Below, in pieces: positions 30,365 through 41,096 of a stretch of DNA of 64,000 bases. Made by a program: the position numbers and the translations under genes. Within the stretch, counting starts at the first letter, position 1. Each line of letters opens with the position of its first letter. The notes beneath the pieces are model-generated. The model was not told the DNA's origin, made no database searches, and saw only the letters and a list, made by a program, of their open reading frames with translations. Source of the DNA: a bacterium (GTDB lineage Bacteria; UBA8248); contig CBDATS010000005.1 in NCBI GenBank assembly GCA_965200245.1, positions 384,001 through 448,000 of the forward strand, written 5' to 3'.

Positions 30365-31296
30365 TTCAGGCCGTATTCTTTCTCCGCAGCATCCTGGGCA
30401 ACATCGGTCTCGACGGCGGTTTTAAGAGAAAACTGGCCCGTTGGCAAGCGCATCAGGTCCTCCGCGCGAACCGTCATGAAATCTCCTGTATCAAGGGCGA
30501 GCGTCACCTCTTCTTTCAGGATATCCTGGCGCACGACGGTAGCACCACAGTCGCAACCACCGACTTTCTTCTTGCACGCGGGCAACTTCTTCTTCACCGA
30601 CACGTAGTGGGAATGTTCGAAGCGCAGGCAACACTTGAGACGCCCGCAGCCGCCGGAAAGCTTGATGGGATTCAGGCTCAGATTCTGGTCCTTCGCCATG
30701 CGGACGGAAATGGGGTCGAACGACTTCAGGAAGGAACTGCAGCAGTAGGTACGCCCGCAGTCCCCGCAGCCGCCCTTCATGCCCGCCTCGTCTCTCACGC
30801 CGATCTGGCGCATCTCGACGCGAACCGAGAGGCGATCGGCGAGCACCCGCACCAGCTTGCGGAAATCCACGCGCCCGTCTGAAGAAAAATAAAACGTCGC
30901 CTTCTTGTTCGAGTGGATGTAGCGAACCTCTACGAGCCGCATCGGAAGCTTGAGTTTGGATATCTCCATTCGGCAGAAATCGTAGGCACTCTGCTCATTC
31001 GCCTCTGTGCGGGCCACCTTTTTCCTGTCATCCTCGGTAGCTATCCGCAGCACCTCGGGGAGGGGGTCGGGAAGATAGTGCGAATCCATGACCCGGGGAT
31101 TCTCGGATATCTCGCCGAACTCCACGTCCCCGTCCTTGCCCTTGACCATCACCTTGATGCCGACCCGCAGTCGAAGATCCTCGTAAGAATGTTGCACCGG
31201 CCGCGCGCCGAAGCGCGTCTTGACCCCAACCACGCCGATCCTGCGCGTCTCGGGGGCCGCTTCGGTGGCAGCACCCTTATTTATTGTTTCACTCAT
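30361..31296 (-). CDS. ricT: PSP1-domain protein RicT/YaaT
   Basis: GRVDFRKLV, RQIGVRDEA, CGR..CC, LSGGCGRLKCCL; located between holB and metG. Confidence 0.9.
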   Translation of the reverse strand: MSETINKGAATEAAPETRRIGVVGVKTRFGARPVQHSYEDLRLRVGIKVMVKGKDGDVEFGEISENPRVMDSHYLPDPLPEVLRIATEDDRKKVARTEANEQSAYDFCRMEISKLKLPMRLVEVRYIHSNKKATFYFSSDGRVDFRKLVRVLADRLSVRVEMRQIGVRDEAGMKGGCGDCGRTYCCSSFLKSFDPISVRMAKDQNLSLNPIKLSGGCGRLKCCLRFEHSHYVSVKKKLPACKKKVGGCDCGATVVRQDILKEEVTLALDTGDFMTVRAEDLMRLPTGQFSLKTAVETDVAQDAAEKEYGLN

Positions 31297-31305
31297 TCGC
31301 TCACC

Positions 31306-32325
31306 TCAGTCCCCGGCGGGAACCGTCTCCCTCAGGGAATATACCAAAGTCTCAAGCGTCAGGGACGGGTTGGTGTTCCCGCCATCGACATCGCGCAAGG
31401 CTCCCCCCACCCTCTCCAGGGCTCTGGTGAGACCCGCACTTCCCCAGCGCTCTCCCATGGCGGCCAATGCCACCTGAATTTCTGTGTGCCACAATTCCAT
31501 CGCATCGGGCACTATCTGCGTGATGAGTATATCGCGAAGAAGCCCGCGAAGCATTTCCAAAAAGAGAATCGTCTCGTTTCTTCCCGAAACGCCCCTCCCC
31601 GCACGTTCCGTGGCAAGGGTGATGAGGGCGACCTCGTCCGCCTGGCCCGCAGGCGCGCTCACTTCCTCAAGGAACTGTATAGCCTTCTCCCTGCGATCAG
31701 AAAGAGCCTCGACGTCAGCGGAGATGGCGACTCCCAGCCTCCCCATACTCAAGGAGATTAGCTTCTCCACGTCCACCCCCTCGCGTGATTCCCCGATAAT
31801 AGCGGCAAGTTCCGCGCGAGAGAGTGCCTGAAACCTGATCCGTCTGCAGCGCGAGATGATCGTCGGCAACAGGGTGTAGAGGTTCGGCGTCACCAGAATC
31901 AGGATGGTGCCCGGGCTCGGCTCCTCCAGTGTCTTGAGCAGAACGTTCTGGCTCACCCGTGTGAGCAGGTGCGCATCCTCGATAATGAATATCTGTCTCA
32001 TCCCCTCGTTGGGACGCTGATAAGCGCGCCAAATCACCCCCTCTCTTACCTCTTCTGCCTTGATGGAACGCGATCCCGCTTCGGGGCAAAGCGAGACGAC
32101 ATCGGGGTGTACGTTCGCAAGCGTCTTCTTGCATGCCGCACAATTCCCGCAAGGCGGCGCATCACCGGTACACTGTAGCACCTGCGCGAAAAGGCGCGCC
32201 ACGAGTGCCTTGCCGACTCCGTCAGGACCATAAAAGAGATAGGCGCCAGCCACCTGACCGGAGGATAAATCTCTCCGTAGCAGTTCTATAGCCGTGCCCT
32301 GGCCACGGATGGATTCCCAGCCCAT
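31306..32325 (-). CDS. holB: DNA polymerase III subunit delta'
   Basis: YLFYGPDGVGK, CGNCAAC, HPDV, LLKTLEEP, TIISRC. Confidence 0.93.
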   Translation of the reverse strand: MGWESIRGQGTAIELLRRDLSSGQVAGAYLFYGPDGVGKALVARLFAQVLQCTGDAPPCGNCAACKKTLANVHPDVVSLCPEAGSRSIKAEEVREGVIWRAYQRPNEGMRQIFIIEDAHLLTRVSQNVLLKTLEEPSPGTILILVTPNLYTLLPTIISRCRRIRFQALSRAELAAIIGESREGVDVEKLISLSMGRLGVAISADVEALSDRREKAIQFLEEVSAPAGQADEVALITLATERAGRGVSGRNETILFLEMLRGLLRDILITQIVPDAMELWHTEIQVALAAMGERWGSAGLTRALERVGGALRDVDGGNTNPSLTLETLVYSLRETVPAGD

Positions 32326-32939
32326 TCGACCCTTTCCCCCACGATGGCCATTACCTCTTTACGCACCTGCTCTATCGCACCCTCGCCCAGCACGCGAAAA
32401 CGCTTGGGCTCACGTCTGGCCAACTCATCAAAACCCGCCTGTACCCTGCGGTGAAACGCCAGATTCTCGCTTTCAAGACGGTCGCCCGCACCTTCACCCC
32501 TCGCGCGCAAGAGGCCTTCCTCGACAGGCACAGAAAACAGCAGTGTCAAGTCGGGAACGAGCCCCCCACTCGCCATACGGTTCATCTCCATCACCATGCG
32601 CTCGTCCAGTCCTCTCCCGAACGCCTGATACGCCGTCGTGGAATCGAAAAACCTGTCGCAAAGAACGTGGGTGCCCGCTTCCAGGGCCGGCCGAATCACC
32701 TCGCCAACATGCTGCGCGCGCGCCGCCTCGTAAAGCATGAGTTCAGCGGCTGCGTCCAAACCCTCATCGCGTGGGGCGAGGAGAAGCTCGCGTATCACCT
32801 CCCCCACCTTCGTGCCGCCGGGTTCTCTCGTGGCGAGAACCGCCAGACCCGCTTCTTCCATCCACGCACGCAGATGCGCCATCTGGGTTGACTTGCCGCT
32901 ACCCTCCACACCCTCGAACGTGATGAAACGACCCCGCAT
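32286..32939 (-). CDS. tmk: Thymidylate kinase
   Basis: FITFEGVEGSGKST, TREPGG, DRF.DST.AYQ. Confidence 0.95.
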   Translation of the reverse strand: MRGRFITFEGVEGSGKSTQMAHLRAWMEEAGLAVLATREPGGTKVGEVIRELLLAPRDEGLDAAAELMLYEAARAQHVGEVIRPALEAGTHVLCDRFFDSTTAYQAFGRGLDERMVMEMNRMASGGLVPDLTLLFSVPVEEGLLRARGEGAGDRLESENLAFHRRVQAGFDELARREPKRFRVLGEGAIEQVRKEVMAIVGERVEWAGNPSVARARL

Positions 32940-33013
32940 CGGAAGACTCCTCGGCATATCCTGACACGTCACCTGACCACAACATTCTCATGAAACGGGC
33001 GAGGCGCGGATGA

Positions 33014-34393
33014 TCACCTCCCGTCCAGTTTCCGGTAAATGGTGCGTGTGGCGATTCCCAGGAGGCGGGCAGCGGCGTTCTTGTCACCCCCCGTGTGCCG
33101 GAGAGTCTCCAGAATGACCTGGAGCTCGACCTCCGCGAGCGGGGTGCCGACTTCGACGTTGATGAGCGGCGAACCCGACGCCATCGACCGCTCCCCGTTC
33201 ACGGGTTCGCTCCTGGCAAGCGGCGCGGGCATATCCCCGAGTGAAATCATTTCGCCCCGGCTCAGTACCACGGCGCGCTCCACCATGTTTTCGAGTTCAC
33301 GCACGTTTCCCGGCCAGTGGTAGTTCGACATCGCATTGAGCACCTCGCGCGAAAACGCGAGAACGGGGCGGTTGTTCTTCGCGGCGAGGCGCTGGAGGAA
33401 ATGCTCGGCGAGCAGCGGAATGTCGCTTCGCCTCTCCCGCAGGGAAGGCATCTCCATGGTGACTACGTTCAGGCGATAGTAGAGATCCTCGCGAAACCTC
33501 CTCTCGGCCACGGCGGTTTGCAAGTCCGCGTTGGTGGAAGCCACGATTCGCACGTCGACCTTCAAAGTTTCCGTTCCACCGACGCGCTCAAATTCGCCTT
33601 CCTGGATAACCCGGAGAATCTTCGGCTGCAGGGAGAGAGGCATATCCCCGATCTCATCGAGAAACAGCGTACCCTCATGCGCGAGCCTGAAGCGGCCCTC
33701 CTTCCGGCCCACTGCGCCCGTGTATGCCCCGCGTTCGTGACCGAACAGTTCGTTCTCGATGAGCGTATCCGGCATCGCGGCACAGTTCACCTTCACCAGG
33801 GGCTTGCCCGCCCTTTCGCTCCCCTGGTGCAGGGCGTTCGCCACCAATTCCTTGCCCGTCCCGCTCTCACCGAGCACCAGCACCGTGGCGGAGGTGGGCG
33901 CGACCTGGCGAATCATATCCTTCACCCGGCGGATCGATGGGTGATCTCCCAGAATGCCCGAAGTGTCACGCAGACTCTGGAGCTGGGCCCGCAAGTCCGC
34001 GTTTTCCCGCATGAGGGTCTGTTTTTCGAGGGCCTTTTCAATCGCCTTCAAGACGACCACACGCTCGAGTGGCTTTGTCAGAAAATCATAAGCTCCCTCG
34101 CGCATCGCCTCGACGGCCGATTCGATGCTGCCTGCGCCGGAGATCAGAATAACTTCCGTGTCCGGGCTGAGACGCTTCACCTTTTTCAGAAGTCCGATGC
34201 CGCCCATCCCCGGCATTCTGAGATCGGTGATGACCAGATTCACAGGGTCTGCGTCGAACATTTCGGAGGCGGTTTGCCCGTCATGCGCCATGGCAACCTC
34301 GAATCCTTCCTTGGCGATCATCTTCTGGAGAGCCTCGCGGCTGCCGCGCTTGTCGTCCACCACCATGACACGCGCTCCGTCGCGACTACTCAT
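33014..34393 (-). CDS. Sigma54-dependent response regulator (NtrC/AtoC family)
   Basis: REC domain, GESGTGKE, GAYTGA, FREDLYYRLNV, WPGNVREL, Fis HTH. Confidence 0.95.
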   Translation of the reverse strand: MSSRDGARVMVVDDKRGSREALQKMIAKEGFEVAMAHDGQTASEMFDADPVNLVITDLRMPGMGGIGLLKKVKRLSPDTEVILISGAGSIESAVEAMREGAYDFLTKPLERVVVLKAIEKALEKQTLMRENADLRAQLQSLRDTSGILGDHPSIRRVKDMIRQVAPTSATVLVLGESGTGKELVANALHQGSERAGKPLVKVNCAAMPDTLIENELFGHERGAYTGAVGRKEGRFRLAHEGTLFLDEIGDMPLSLQPKILRVIQEGEFERVGGTETLKVDVRIVASTNADLQTAVAERRFREDLYYRLNVVTMEMPSLRERRSDIPLLAEHFLQRLAAKNNRPVLAFSREVLNAMSNYHWPGNVRELENMVERAVVLSRGEMISLGDMPAPLARSEPVNGERSMASGSPLINVEVGTPLAEVELQVILETLRHTGGDKNAAARLLGIATRTIYRKLDGR

Positions 34394-36615
34394 ACCTTCG
34401 CCTCCTGCGCCACGGCGAGCGGGAGTTCTACGATAAAGGTGGCACCCGTTCCCTCGGTACTCTCCAGACGAATGCCACCCCCGTGCTCGGTGATAATCTG
34501 CCGGCTCAGCACGAGGCCGAGCCCGGTTCCGTTTGCCTTCGTCGTGAAAAACGGCGTGAACAGGGATGCCTGACCCTCAGGACTGATGCCCACGCCGCTG
34601 TCCGATATCCGGATGACGAGATGCTGATCTGCCAACTCGGTCTTTACCAGCAGACGGCCGCCGTCGGGCATCGCATCGAAGCCGTTCATAATGAGATTCT
34701 GAATCGCGACGCGAATTTGCGCCTCATCCAGGGCGACCTCGGGAATGTCTCTTGTAAAATCCTGTTCTATCTGGATATTCCGGCCTGCCGCCACCTCCGT
34801 ATACAGATCCAGCAAATCTTCAAGCATCTCGTTGCAGTCGACCGGCGTTTTCTCCAGGCTGGGCATTCGCACGAATTTGAGATAGTCCGCCGTCACCTGC
34901 CTCATGATGTCCACCTCCGCCCTCACGGACTTGAGCAGGGCCCACGCCTCAGAGGTGTCCGCTCCTGTGAACTGCGACAATTCATCGCCAAGCAGTTCCG
35001 CGCTCAGGTTGATGGCCGAGAGGGGGTTGCGTATCGAATGTGCCACCTGTTCGCTCATCTTGCCGACGATGGAGAGCCTGTCTTGCTGAAGAACTTCTTT
35101 TTCGAGCACCTTGCGCTCGGTCACGTCCTTCAAATACAGAATCACCTGTAGTGTGTCTCCCGATGCGGCAAGAATCGGATACGTGTAGTATTCCATATCC
35201 ATCCGCCGCCCGTCTTCCCGTAAAATCGACTTTTCGAAAAAGCCCGGTTCGCCCGTCGCAAAAGTACCGGCGACAACGGATGGGGCAACGAAAGCCTCGG
35301 GTACAGCGGTCTCCGGCGATATCTCCCATTTTTGAGCCAGCAAATCCGACGTCTCCCATCCGAAAAGTCTGCCCATCGATTGATTGAGCATACAGATGCG
35401 AAAACCCTCGTCCAGAATGCAGATGGCGTCCGTGATGCCGTTGAACAGCGTCTCTAGCCGCCTGTTGCTTTCCAGCACCTGAACGGACCAGTGAATTCTA
35501 TCCTCGGCGCGTATTCGCCTGCGATCGCGATCGAGAATCAACAGAGCGGCCAGAATCAGGGCAACAAAACCGAAACCCGTTAACAGCAGGCCCTTCTGGA
35601 ACAGGTTTCCGAGCAACCCGACGACCTCCGCGGAGGGCGTCGTCAGGGCGAACACCCAGTTCTCATGCCCGACCTGGAACCTGCTGAAAGCCGTCAGATA
35701 ACGCAGGTGCTTTTCTTTTTTTTCAGGCTCCAGGTTGAGATGCCAATCGAAGCCTTTCTCTTCGCTCTTCATGCGTTCGGCCAGTTTTTCGAGCCTTGCG
35801 TCTTTCAATTCACGCGCGAGGGTGGACAATTGAACGCCTTCCAGCCAAGCGATGCCAGGAGAAAAGACAATTCTGCCCCCGCCGTCCACGAGCCACGCCC
35901 GTTCCCGGCCTTCCGATTGCATGGGCTCGATAAAGGTGCGCGCCAATTCCGCCAAGGAAATTCGAGCGTAGAGCCAATCGCTTTTCTTCCGGTTCTCCTC
36001 TCCTTCAGTCACAACCCCCTGGAGTTTCACGGGTACCGCCGCGAACAGGGAGGAAACCCTTTTGTCTCTATCGCGAATCACGAGGAGGCAGGCTCCCGGC
36101 GGCCAGGAACAGTTCGCGAGTCTGTCAATATATTCTTTCGGAATCGTCGCGTTCTGCTCATCTCCGCTTTGCAGATAACCCAGTTCGCTCACGCGGCCTC
36201 TCCCGCCCAGCCTTTCATATAAAGCCATCATCGCCGCCACCCTTCCGGGGTGTTCGGGTTCGATGGTCCGCAGAAACCCCGCGCTATGGCGCAGAGACGC
36301 CGTGAGCGCTTCGAGGAACGAGGAGACGCGCTCTCCGGCCTGCTCCACGAGAAGAAGCTGTCGACGGTTCGATCTCTGCTCTGTCTCGAGTTTGGTGTCT
36401 ACGTAGAGTCGGTAAGAGAGAAAGCTCAATATCACCAGCAAAACGAAAGTCGCGCCTATCGTGCAGTACTGGAATTTTCGGTTCGCGATGCGCGACTTCG
36501 CGATTCGCGAACGCACTGAATCCCCGGTTTCATGGATCGTTACCTCACGCGGCCGCCGCCTCCCAAACCATCGTCCCGGAACCGACCGTACGGCTTTCGC
36601 CCATCCATTCGACAT
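34390..36615 (-). CDS. Membrane sensor histidine kinase (periplasmic Cache-like domain, PAS, HisKA, HATPase)
   Basis: Two TM helices, PAS region, H-box VAHSIRNPL, N/G boxes DSGVGI, FFTTK, GTGLGL. Confidence 0.92.
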   Translation of the reverse strand: MSNGWAKAVRSVPGRWFGRRRPREVTIHETGDSVRSRIAKSRIANRKFQYCTIGATFVLLVILSFLSYRLYVDTKLETEQRSNRRQLLLVEQAGERVSSFLEALTASLRHSAGFLRTIEPEHPGRVAAMMALYERLGGRGRVSELGYLQSGDEQNATIPKEYIDRLANCSWPPGACLLVIRDRDKRVSSLFAAVPVKLQGVVTEGEENRKKSDWLYARISLAELARTFIEPMQSEGRERAWLVDGGGRIVFSPGIAWLEGVQLSTLARELKDARLEKLAERMKSEEKGFDWHLNLEPEKKEKHLRYLTAFSRFQVGHENWVFALTTPSAEVVGLLGNLFQKGLLLTGFGFVALILAALLILDRDRRRIRAEDRIHWSVQVLESNRRLETLFNGITDAICILDEGFRICMLNQSMGRLFGWETSDLLAQKWEISPETAVPEAFVAPSVVAGTFATGEPGFFEKSILREDGRRMDMEYYTYPILAASGDTLQVILYLKDVTERKVLEKEVLQQDRLSIVGKMSEQVAHSIRNPLSAINLSAELLGDELSQFTGADTSEAWALLKSVRAEVDIMRQVTADYLKFVRMPSLEKTPVDCNEMLEDLLDLYTEVAAGRNIQIEQDFTRDIPEVALDEAQIRVAIQNLIMNGFDAMPDGGRLLVKTELADQHLVIRISDSGVGISPEGQASLFTPFFTTKANGTGLGLVLSRQIITEHGGGIRLESTEGTGATFIVELPLAVAQEAKV

Positions 36616-36720
36616 TAATGCTTCTCAAGAATCAATCGTTTTCGTCAATTCCAAAGCCCGACGCTTGTGTTCGCGCTTCGGGGTTTGAAAAACCACTTCT
36701 CCCCGCCCCGACCTGCGCAC

Positions 36721-36783
36721 TTGACACACGGGAATTCCCTCCATATGTTTTCTAAACTAGCATCTCATAGTCCGGAGTGCCAC
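36721..36783 (+). promoter_or_regulatory. Sigma70 promoter and CIRCE-like operator of hrcA
   Basis: TTGACA(36721)-N17-TATGTT(36744); CTAGCATCTC-N8-GAGTGCCAC (36757-36783) versus consensus TTAGCACTC-N9-GAGTGCTAA. Confidence 0.75.
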
Positions 36784-36827
36784 ATCAAAATTTCATGTGG
36801 AAGACGCCGCACCGGGAGGCTCTCGAA

Positions 36828-37877
36828 ATGGACGCCCTAGAACTCGCCCGGAGAAACCGAGAAATCCTGCGCGCCATCGTCAACATCTTCGTGGACACGG
36901 GTGACCCCGTGGGGAGCCGCACGCTCTCGAAGCACGCCGACATCGCCCTGAGCCCTGCCACCATACGAAACATCATGAGCGACCTGGCTGATGCGGGTTT
37001 CCTCACCAAACCCCACGTCTCCTCCGGCAGGCTCCCCACCGACCTGGGCTATCGCCACTTCGTCGACGACCTCATGGATTCCCATACCCTCACGGATGAA
37101 GAACAGGAATCCATACTTCGCGGTGCCTCCGCGCAGGCTGCTCAAATCGAGCAGGTGCTCGCGCAGGCCACGCGCGTGCTCTCCGAACTCACCAACACGG
37201 CGGGGTTGGTGCTCCTGCCGGCAGGCGAGCAGCTCCACTTTCGGCACATCAACTTCGTGAAAATGTCAGAGGAAAAAACCCTGGCCGTCATCGTCTCCAT
37301 GAGCGGGGTGGTGCAAAACCGCGTCATCCCCATGGAGATCCCCATCGGCCAGGAGGAATTGAACAGGATTTCGAACATACTGAACGAGGAGTTCAGCGGA
37401 CTCGCCCTGCGGGAAGTGCGCGAGAAGATCATCCAGAAGATGACCCTCGCGCGCGACGGCCTCGACACCCTTTACCGCCAGGCGCTCGAACTAAGCAAGG
37501 CGGCGCTCTCCGAGAACGAAGACACACAGGAGTCCGTCTTCGTCGAAGGGGCCTCGCGTGTGTTCTCGCAGCCCGATTTCGCCACCAACGCGGAAAAGCT
37601 CCAGACTCTCTACCGCACTTTCGAGGAGAGGGTAAAGCTCGTCCGCCTGCTGGACAAGTGCATGGAATCTTCGGACATCACCATTCTCATCGGATCAGAA
37701 AACGATTTCGAGGAAATGAAGGACTGCAGCGTCGTCGCCCAGCGCTACTATATGGACGACCGCCCGCTGGGCAGCATCGGCATCATCGGACCCAAGCGCA
37801 TGCGGTATGATCGTGCCGTCTCGCTCGTGGAATGGACAGCGGATTCGGTGTCGAAGTTCCTCTCCTCGGGAAAGTAA
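36828..37877 (+). CDS. hrcA: Heat-inducible transcription repressor HrcA
   Basis: PVGSRTL, SPATIRNIM, PHVSSGRLPT..GYR, GIIGPKRMRY; GGAGG RBS before ATG 36828. Confidence 0.95.
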   Translation: MDALELARRNREILRAIVNIFVDTGDPVGSRTLSKHADIALSPATIRNIMSDLADAGFLTKPHVSSGRLPTDLGYRHFVDDLMDSHTLTDEEQESILRGASAQAAQIEQVLAQATRVLSELTNTAGLVLLPAGEQLHFRHINFVKMSEEKTLAVIVSMSGVVQNRVIPMEIPIGQEELNRISNILNEEFSGLALREVREKIIQKMTLARDGLDTLYRQALELSKAALSENEDTQESVFVEGASRVFSQPDFATNAEKLQTLYRTFEERVKLVRLLDKCMESSDITILIGSENDFEEMKDCSVVAQRYYMDDRPLGSIGIIGPKRMRYDRAVSLVEWTADSVSKFLSSGK

Positions 37878-37925
37878 TCGTCGAGAAAGCGCTTCATCCC
37901 CACCCTTCCCGGAGATCATGATTCG

Positions 37926-39011
37926 GTGAAGATCACCGACGCCCTCAAAATCCTCGGCCTTGCGCAAGACGCCACGACATCCGAGATCAAACGCGTCTAC
38001 AAGAAGCTGGCCCTCGAGTTCCACCCGGACAGAAACCCCGGCGATCCCGAGGCGGAAAGACGCTTCAGGCAAATCGTCATCGCCCACGAAACCCTCAAGA
38101 ACCCGAAACGCTACTCCCCCGGCCGGTTATCCCGCGGGCGGAGGTCGGCGCGCCCCAAAAACGAATACGAGGAGAAATGGGAGGATATCTTCTCTCATAT
38201 CTTCCGCAGCGCACATGAACCCGCGGGTGAGAAGAAAAGCACGGCCAGGGACCTGAACACCCAGGTCGAGGTGACGTTCGAAGAGTTGACGCGAGATGTG
38301 GAAAAGGAAATCACCATATCACGCAGCGTACGCTGCGTTGCCTGCCGAGGGCGCGGCACAGCACCGGGCACGCAAAGAAGCGCCTGCCCGACGTGCAAGG
38401 GCACGGGCGAGATTCGCTACAGGCAGGGACTTGCGGAACTTCGCATCCCCTGCTCGGCTTGCGATGGAAGCGGCAAACACGAGGGCGAGGCGTGCCCGGA
38501 CTGCAGGGGAGAAGGCCGTAACAACAGGCGCGAGAAACTGAGCGTGAAAGTTCCCGCCGCGATGGAAGAGGGGACGCAAATCAGGATGAAAAGCAAGGGC
38601 CATGAGAATGCACGCACCGGCGAGGCAGGCGACCTCATCGTCACGGTACGCGTGAAGCCCCACTCCCTGTTCCGAAGAAAGGGCAACGACATCCTCCTCG
38701 ATCTGCCCGTGAGTTTCTCACAGGCCGCCCTCGGCCACGAAACCCTCGTACCCACACTGAAAGAAGCCAGGAAGTTCAGGATTCCAGCGGGCACCCAGTC
38801 GGGCCGGGAATTTCTCCTCAAGGGCGAGGGTCTCGCCCCCGCAGGGGGGCGCAACACCGGCGATATGCGCATCCGCGTGCTCGTCGAAACGCCCACCAAG
38901 CTCGACGAGCACCAACGCGCAATCCTCGCCAGGTTACAGCGCATCTCTTCGCTGTCCAATCACCCGAGGACCCGGACGTTTCATGAAAAGACACGATTTC
39001 TTCTCGAATGA
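37926..39011 (+). CDS. dnaJ: DnaJ chaperone
   Basis: J-domain HPD; four CxxCxGxG motifs; DnaJ C-terminal domain. Confidence 0.9.
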   Translation: MKITDALKILGLAQDATTSEIKRVYKKLALEFHPDRNPGDPEAERRFRQIVIAHETLKNPKRYSPGRLSRGRRSARPKNEYEEKWEDIFSHIFRSAHEPAGEKKSTARDLNTQVEVTFEELTRDVEKEITISRSVRCVACRGRGTAPGTQRSACPTCKGTGEIRYRQGLAELRIPCSACDGSGKHEGEACPDCRGEGRNNRREKLSVKVPAAMEEGTQIRMKSKGHENARTGEAGDLIVTVRVKPHSLFRRKGNDILLDLPVSFSQAALGHETLVPTLKEARKFRIPAGTQSGREFLLKGEGLAPAGGRNTGDMRIRVLVETPTKLDEHQRAILARLQRISSLSNHPRTRTFHEKTRFLLE

Positions 39012-39119
39012 GGGGTACCAAGCCGCCTTGTAGCGCTTGGAATTTCCTGCTACATAACTCATTCTGAAATCAAGACCATCCAACATATCCACGAACAGCA
39101 GACACAGGAGCATCCAACA

Positions 39120-40205
39120 TTGTCGAATCAAGCACGCATTGATGAGTTCATCGAGAAGACCCGCGAACTGAACGGCCGGCCCGTGCGCGAGCGCGAGGCC
39201 TGGAACAACGAGGCGAGCACCGACGCCATCCGCCACTTTGCATACGGTATCGACGACGACAATCCCCTTTGGCTCGACGCGGAATACGCAGCTGGCACGT
39301 CGTACGGAAACATCATGGCACCGCCTGCTTTTCTGGTGTCGGTTCTCTACCCGATACTCCACGGTGCGCCAATGGAGGTTCCCCTATCCTCGTTGATCGG
39401 GGGCGTGGAATTCGAGTGGGAAAAACCTATCTCGCAAGGCGAGAAGCTGCGCGCCGAATCCATACAGAAGGATTCCTACGTCAAGCAGAACAAGGCAGGC
39501 CGTCAACTCATCTTCATCATCTCGGAGTGCACCTACTGGAACGAGGCAGACGAAGTTGTCGCCAAGGGCACGGGCACGATGATCCGCACCCTTCAGGAGG
39601 GGAATACGCTCCTTTACGAGCGGCCTGTCAGGAAATACGACGAGGCGGAATTTGCAGAAATCGAAAACGCTTACACAGCGGAAGAAAGACGCGGCAGCGA
39701 GAAGCGCCGATTCGCGGACGTATCCGTAGGCGATGAACTGCCAACCATGCTTCGTGGCCCCCTCACCATCGGCGACATGGTTGCCTGGAACGCGGGCAAC
39801 GGACCCTCCTACAAGGCGGGCCGGCGCGGCTATCTCGATCTCCAGAAAGCGCCGCACAACGCCGTCCTGATCCCCCAGATCGGCATCAAGGTAAAAAACT
39901 CCCAGCAGCATGAGGACTTCAATCTCGCTTCGGGGCGCGGGATGCCGGGACCGTTTGACAACGGAGTCATGCGCTTCGCCTGGGTGAGCCCTTTCATCAC
40001 CAACTGGATGGGAGACGACGCGTTCCTGAAGAATCTCTACGTTCAGGTGCGCCGCCCGATGATCTACGGCGATACCATCCGGCACGAAGGCAAGGTGGTC
40101 GAGAAAAACGATGTTGATCGAACCGTCAGGGTGGAGATCACCGGAACGAATCAAGAGAGCGAGTTGGCAACGGCCGGCTCCGCCGTAGTTCGCCTGCCGG
40201 AGTAA
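39120..40205 (+). CDS. Double hot-dog (MaoC/FAS1-like) dehydratase
   Basis: AIRHFAYGIDDDNPLW..APPAF; second hot-dog domain DVSVGDELP...NWMGDD. Confidence 0.85.
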   Translation: MSNQARIDEFIEKTRELNGRPVREREAWNNEASTDAIRHFAYGIDDDNPLWLDAEYAAGTSYGNIMAPPAFLVSVLYPILHGAPMEVPLSSLIGGVEFEWEKPISQGEKLRAESIQKDSYVKQNKAGRQLIFIISECTYWNEADEVVAKGTGTMIRTLQEGNTLLYERPVRKYDEAEFAEIENAYTAEERRGSEKRRFADVSVGDELPTMLRGPLTIGDMVAWNAGNGPSYKAGRRGYLDLQKAPHNAVLIPQIGIKVKNSQQHEDFNLASGRGMPGPFDNGVMRFAWVSPFITNWMGDDAFLKNLYVQVRRPMIYGDTIRHEGKVVEKNDVDRTVRVEITGTNQESELATAGSAVVRLPE

Positions 40206-40217
40206 GACCGAAAATCC

Positions 40218-41096
40218 GTGGCGAAAAAGTGGCTCGAACTCATCATCGAGGTTCGTGAGGAACTCGCCGAGGAAGCCGCCGCCTGCATACTCGAAGCGGG
40301 CGCTTCCGCTGTGGAGGAACGAGACGGTGCGAATGGTGCATCGCTGCTTATCTCGCACATCGATCTGAAAGACCGTGCGACCGTGAAACTCCGCGAGATA
40401 GAGGCGTTCCTTGCCACGCTGGGCGTCGAAAAGAACGCCATCACCCTCAGGAACATCGAGGATCAGGACTGGGTCGCCCAATCACGCGGTCATTTCAAAG
40501 GCGAACCCTACGGCGAGATACTGTGGGTGCGGCCGCCTTGGGAAGAGAGTGAAACGCCTGAGGGGCGCATTGAGTTGGTGTTGGAGCCAAGTCTCGCCTT
40601 CGGAACGGGCAGGCACCCGTCTACCCGTCTGGCTCTTCTGGCGATTGAACGCTGCTGCGAAAGAAAACCTCCCGAGCGCATGGTGGATTTGGGCTGCGGC
40701 TCGGGCATCCTGGGCGTCGCCACCCTACTCCTCGGCGCAAAGCATGTCGTCGCATTCGACCTCGATCCTGCGGCCATCGAGGAAACCACCGTCCTGGCGA
40801 AGCGAAACGCGGTGACGGATCGCATGACAACGCGCAACACGACGCTCGCACCGCGTGCGCTGGGTGACTGGTGGGGCCGGGTGGATTTTATCGCGGCGAA
40901 CATATTTCTGGACGCCCTGAGAGTACTCGCACCGCATATTCTCGAAGCACTCGCTCCGGAAGGCCAAGCTGTCCTTTCAGGGGTCGGCTACGAGCAGGCA
41001 GAAACCCTCGCCCGCATTTACGAGGAAGCCGGTTTCATGGTCGGGCAGATGAATCGCATTGAGGAATGGGCGAGCGTCGAGGTGATGAAGCCATGA
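40218..41096 (+). CDS. prmA: Ribosomal protein L11 methyltransferase
   Basis: AFGTGRHPST, DLGCGSGIL, ANI, LSG. Confidence 0.92.
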   Translation: MAKKWLELIIEVREELAEEAAACILEAGASAVEERDGANGASLLISHIDLKDRATVKLREIEAFLATLGVEKNAITLRNIEDQDWVAQSRGHFKGEPYGEILWVRPPWEESETPEGRIELVLEPSLAFGTGRHPSTRLALLAIERCCERKPPERMVDLGCGSGILGVATLLLGAKHVVAFDLDPAAIEETTVLAKRNAVTDRMTTRNTTLAPRALGDWWGRVDFIAANIFLDALRVLAPHILEALAPEGQAVLSGVGYEQAETLARIYEEAGFMVGQMNRIEEWASVEVMKP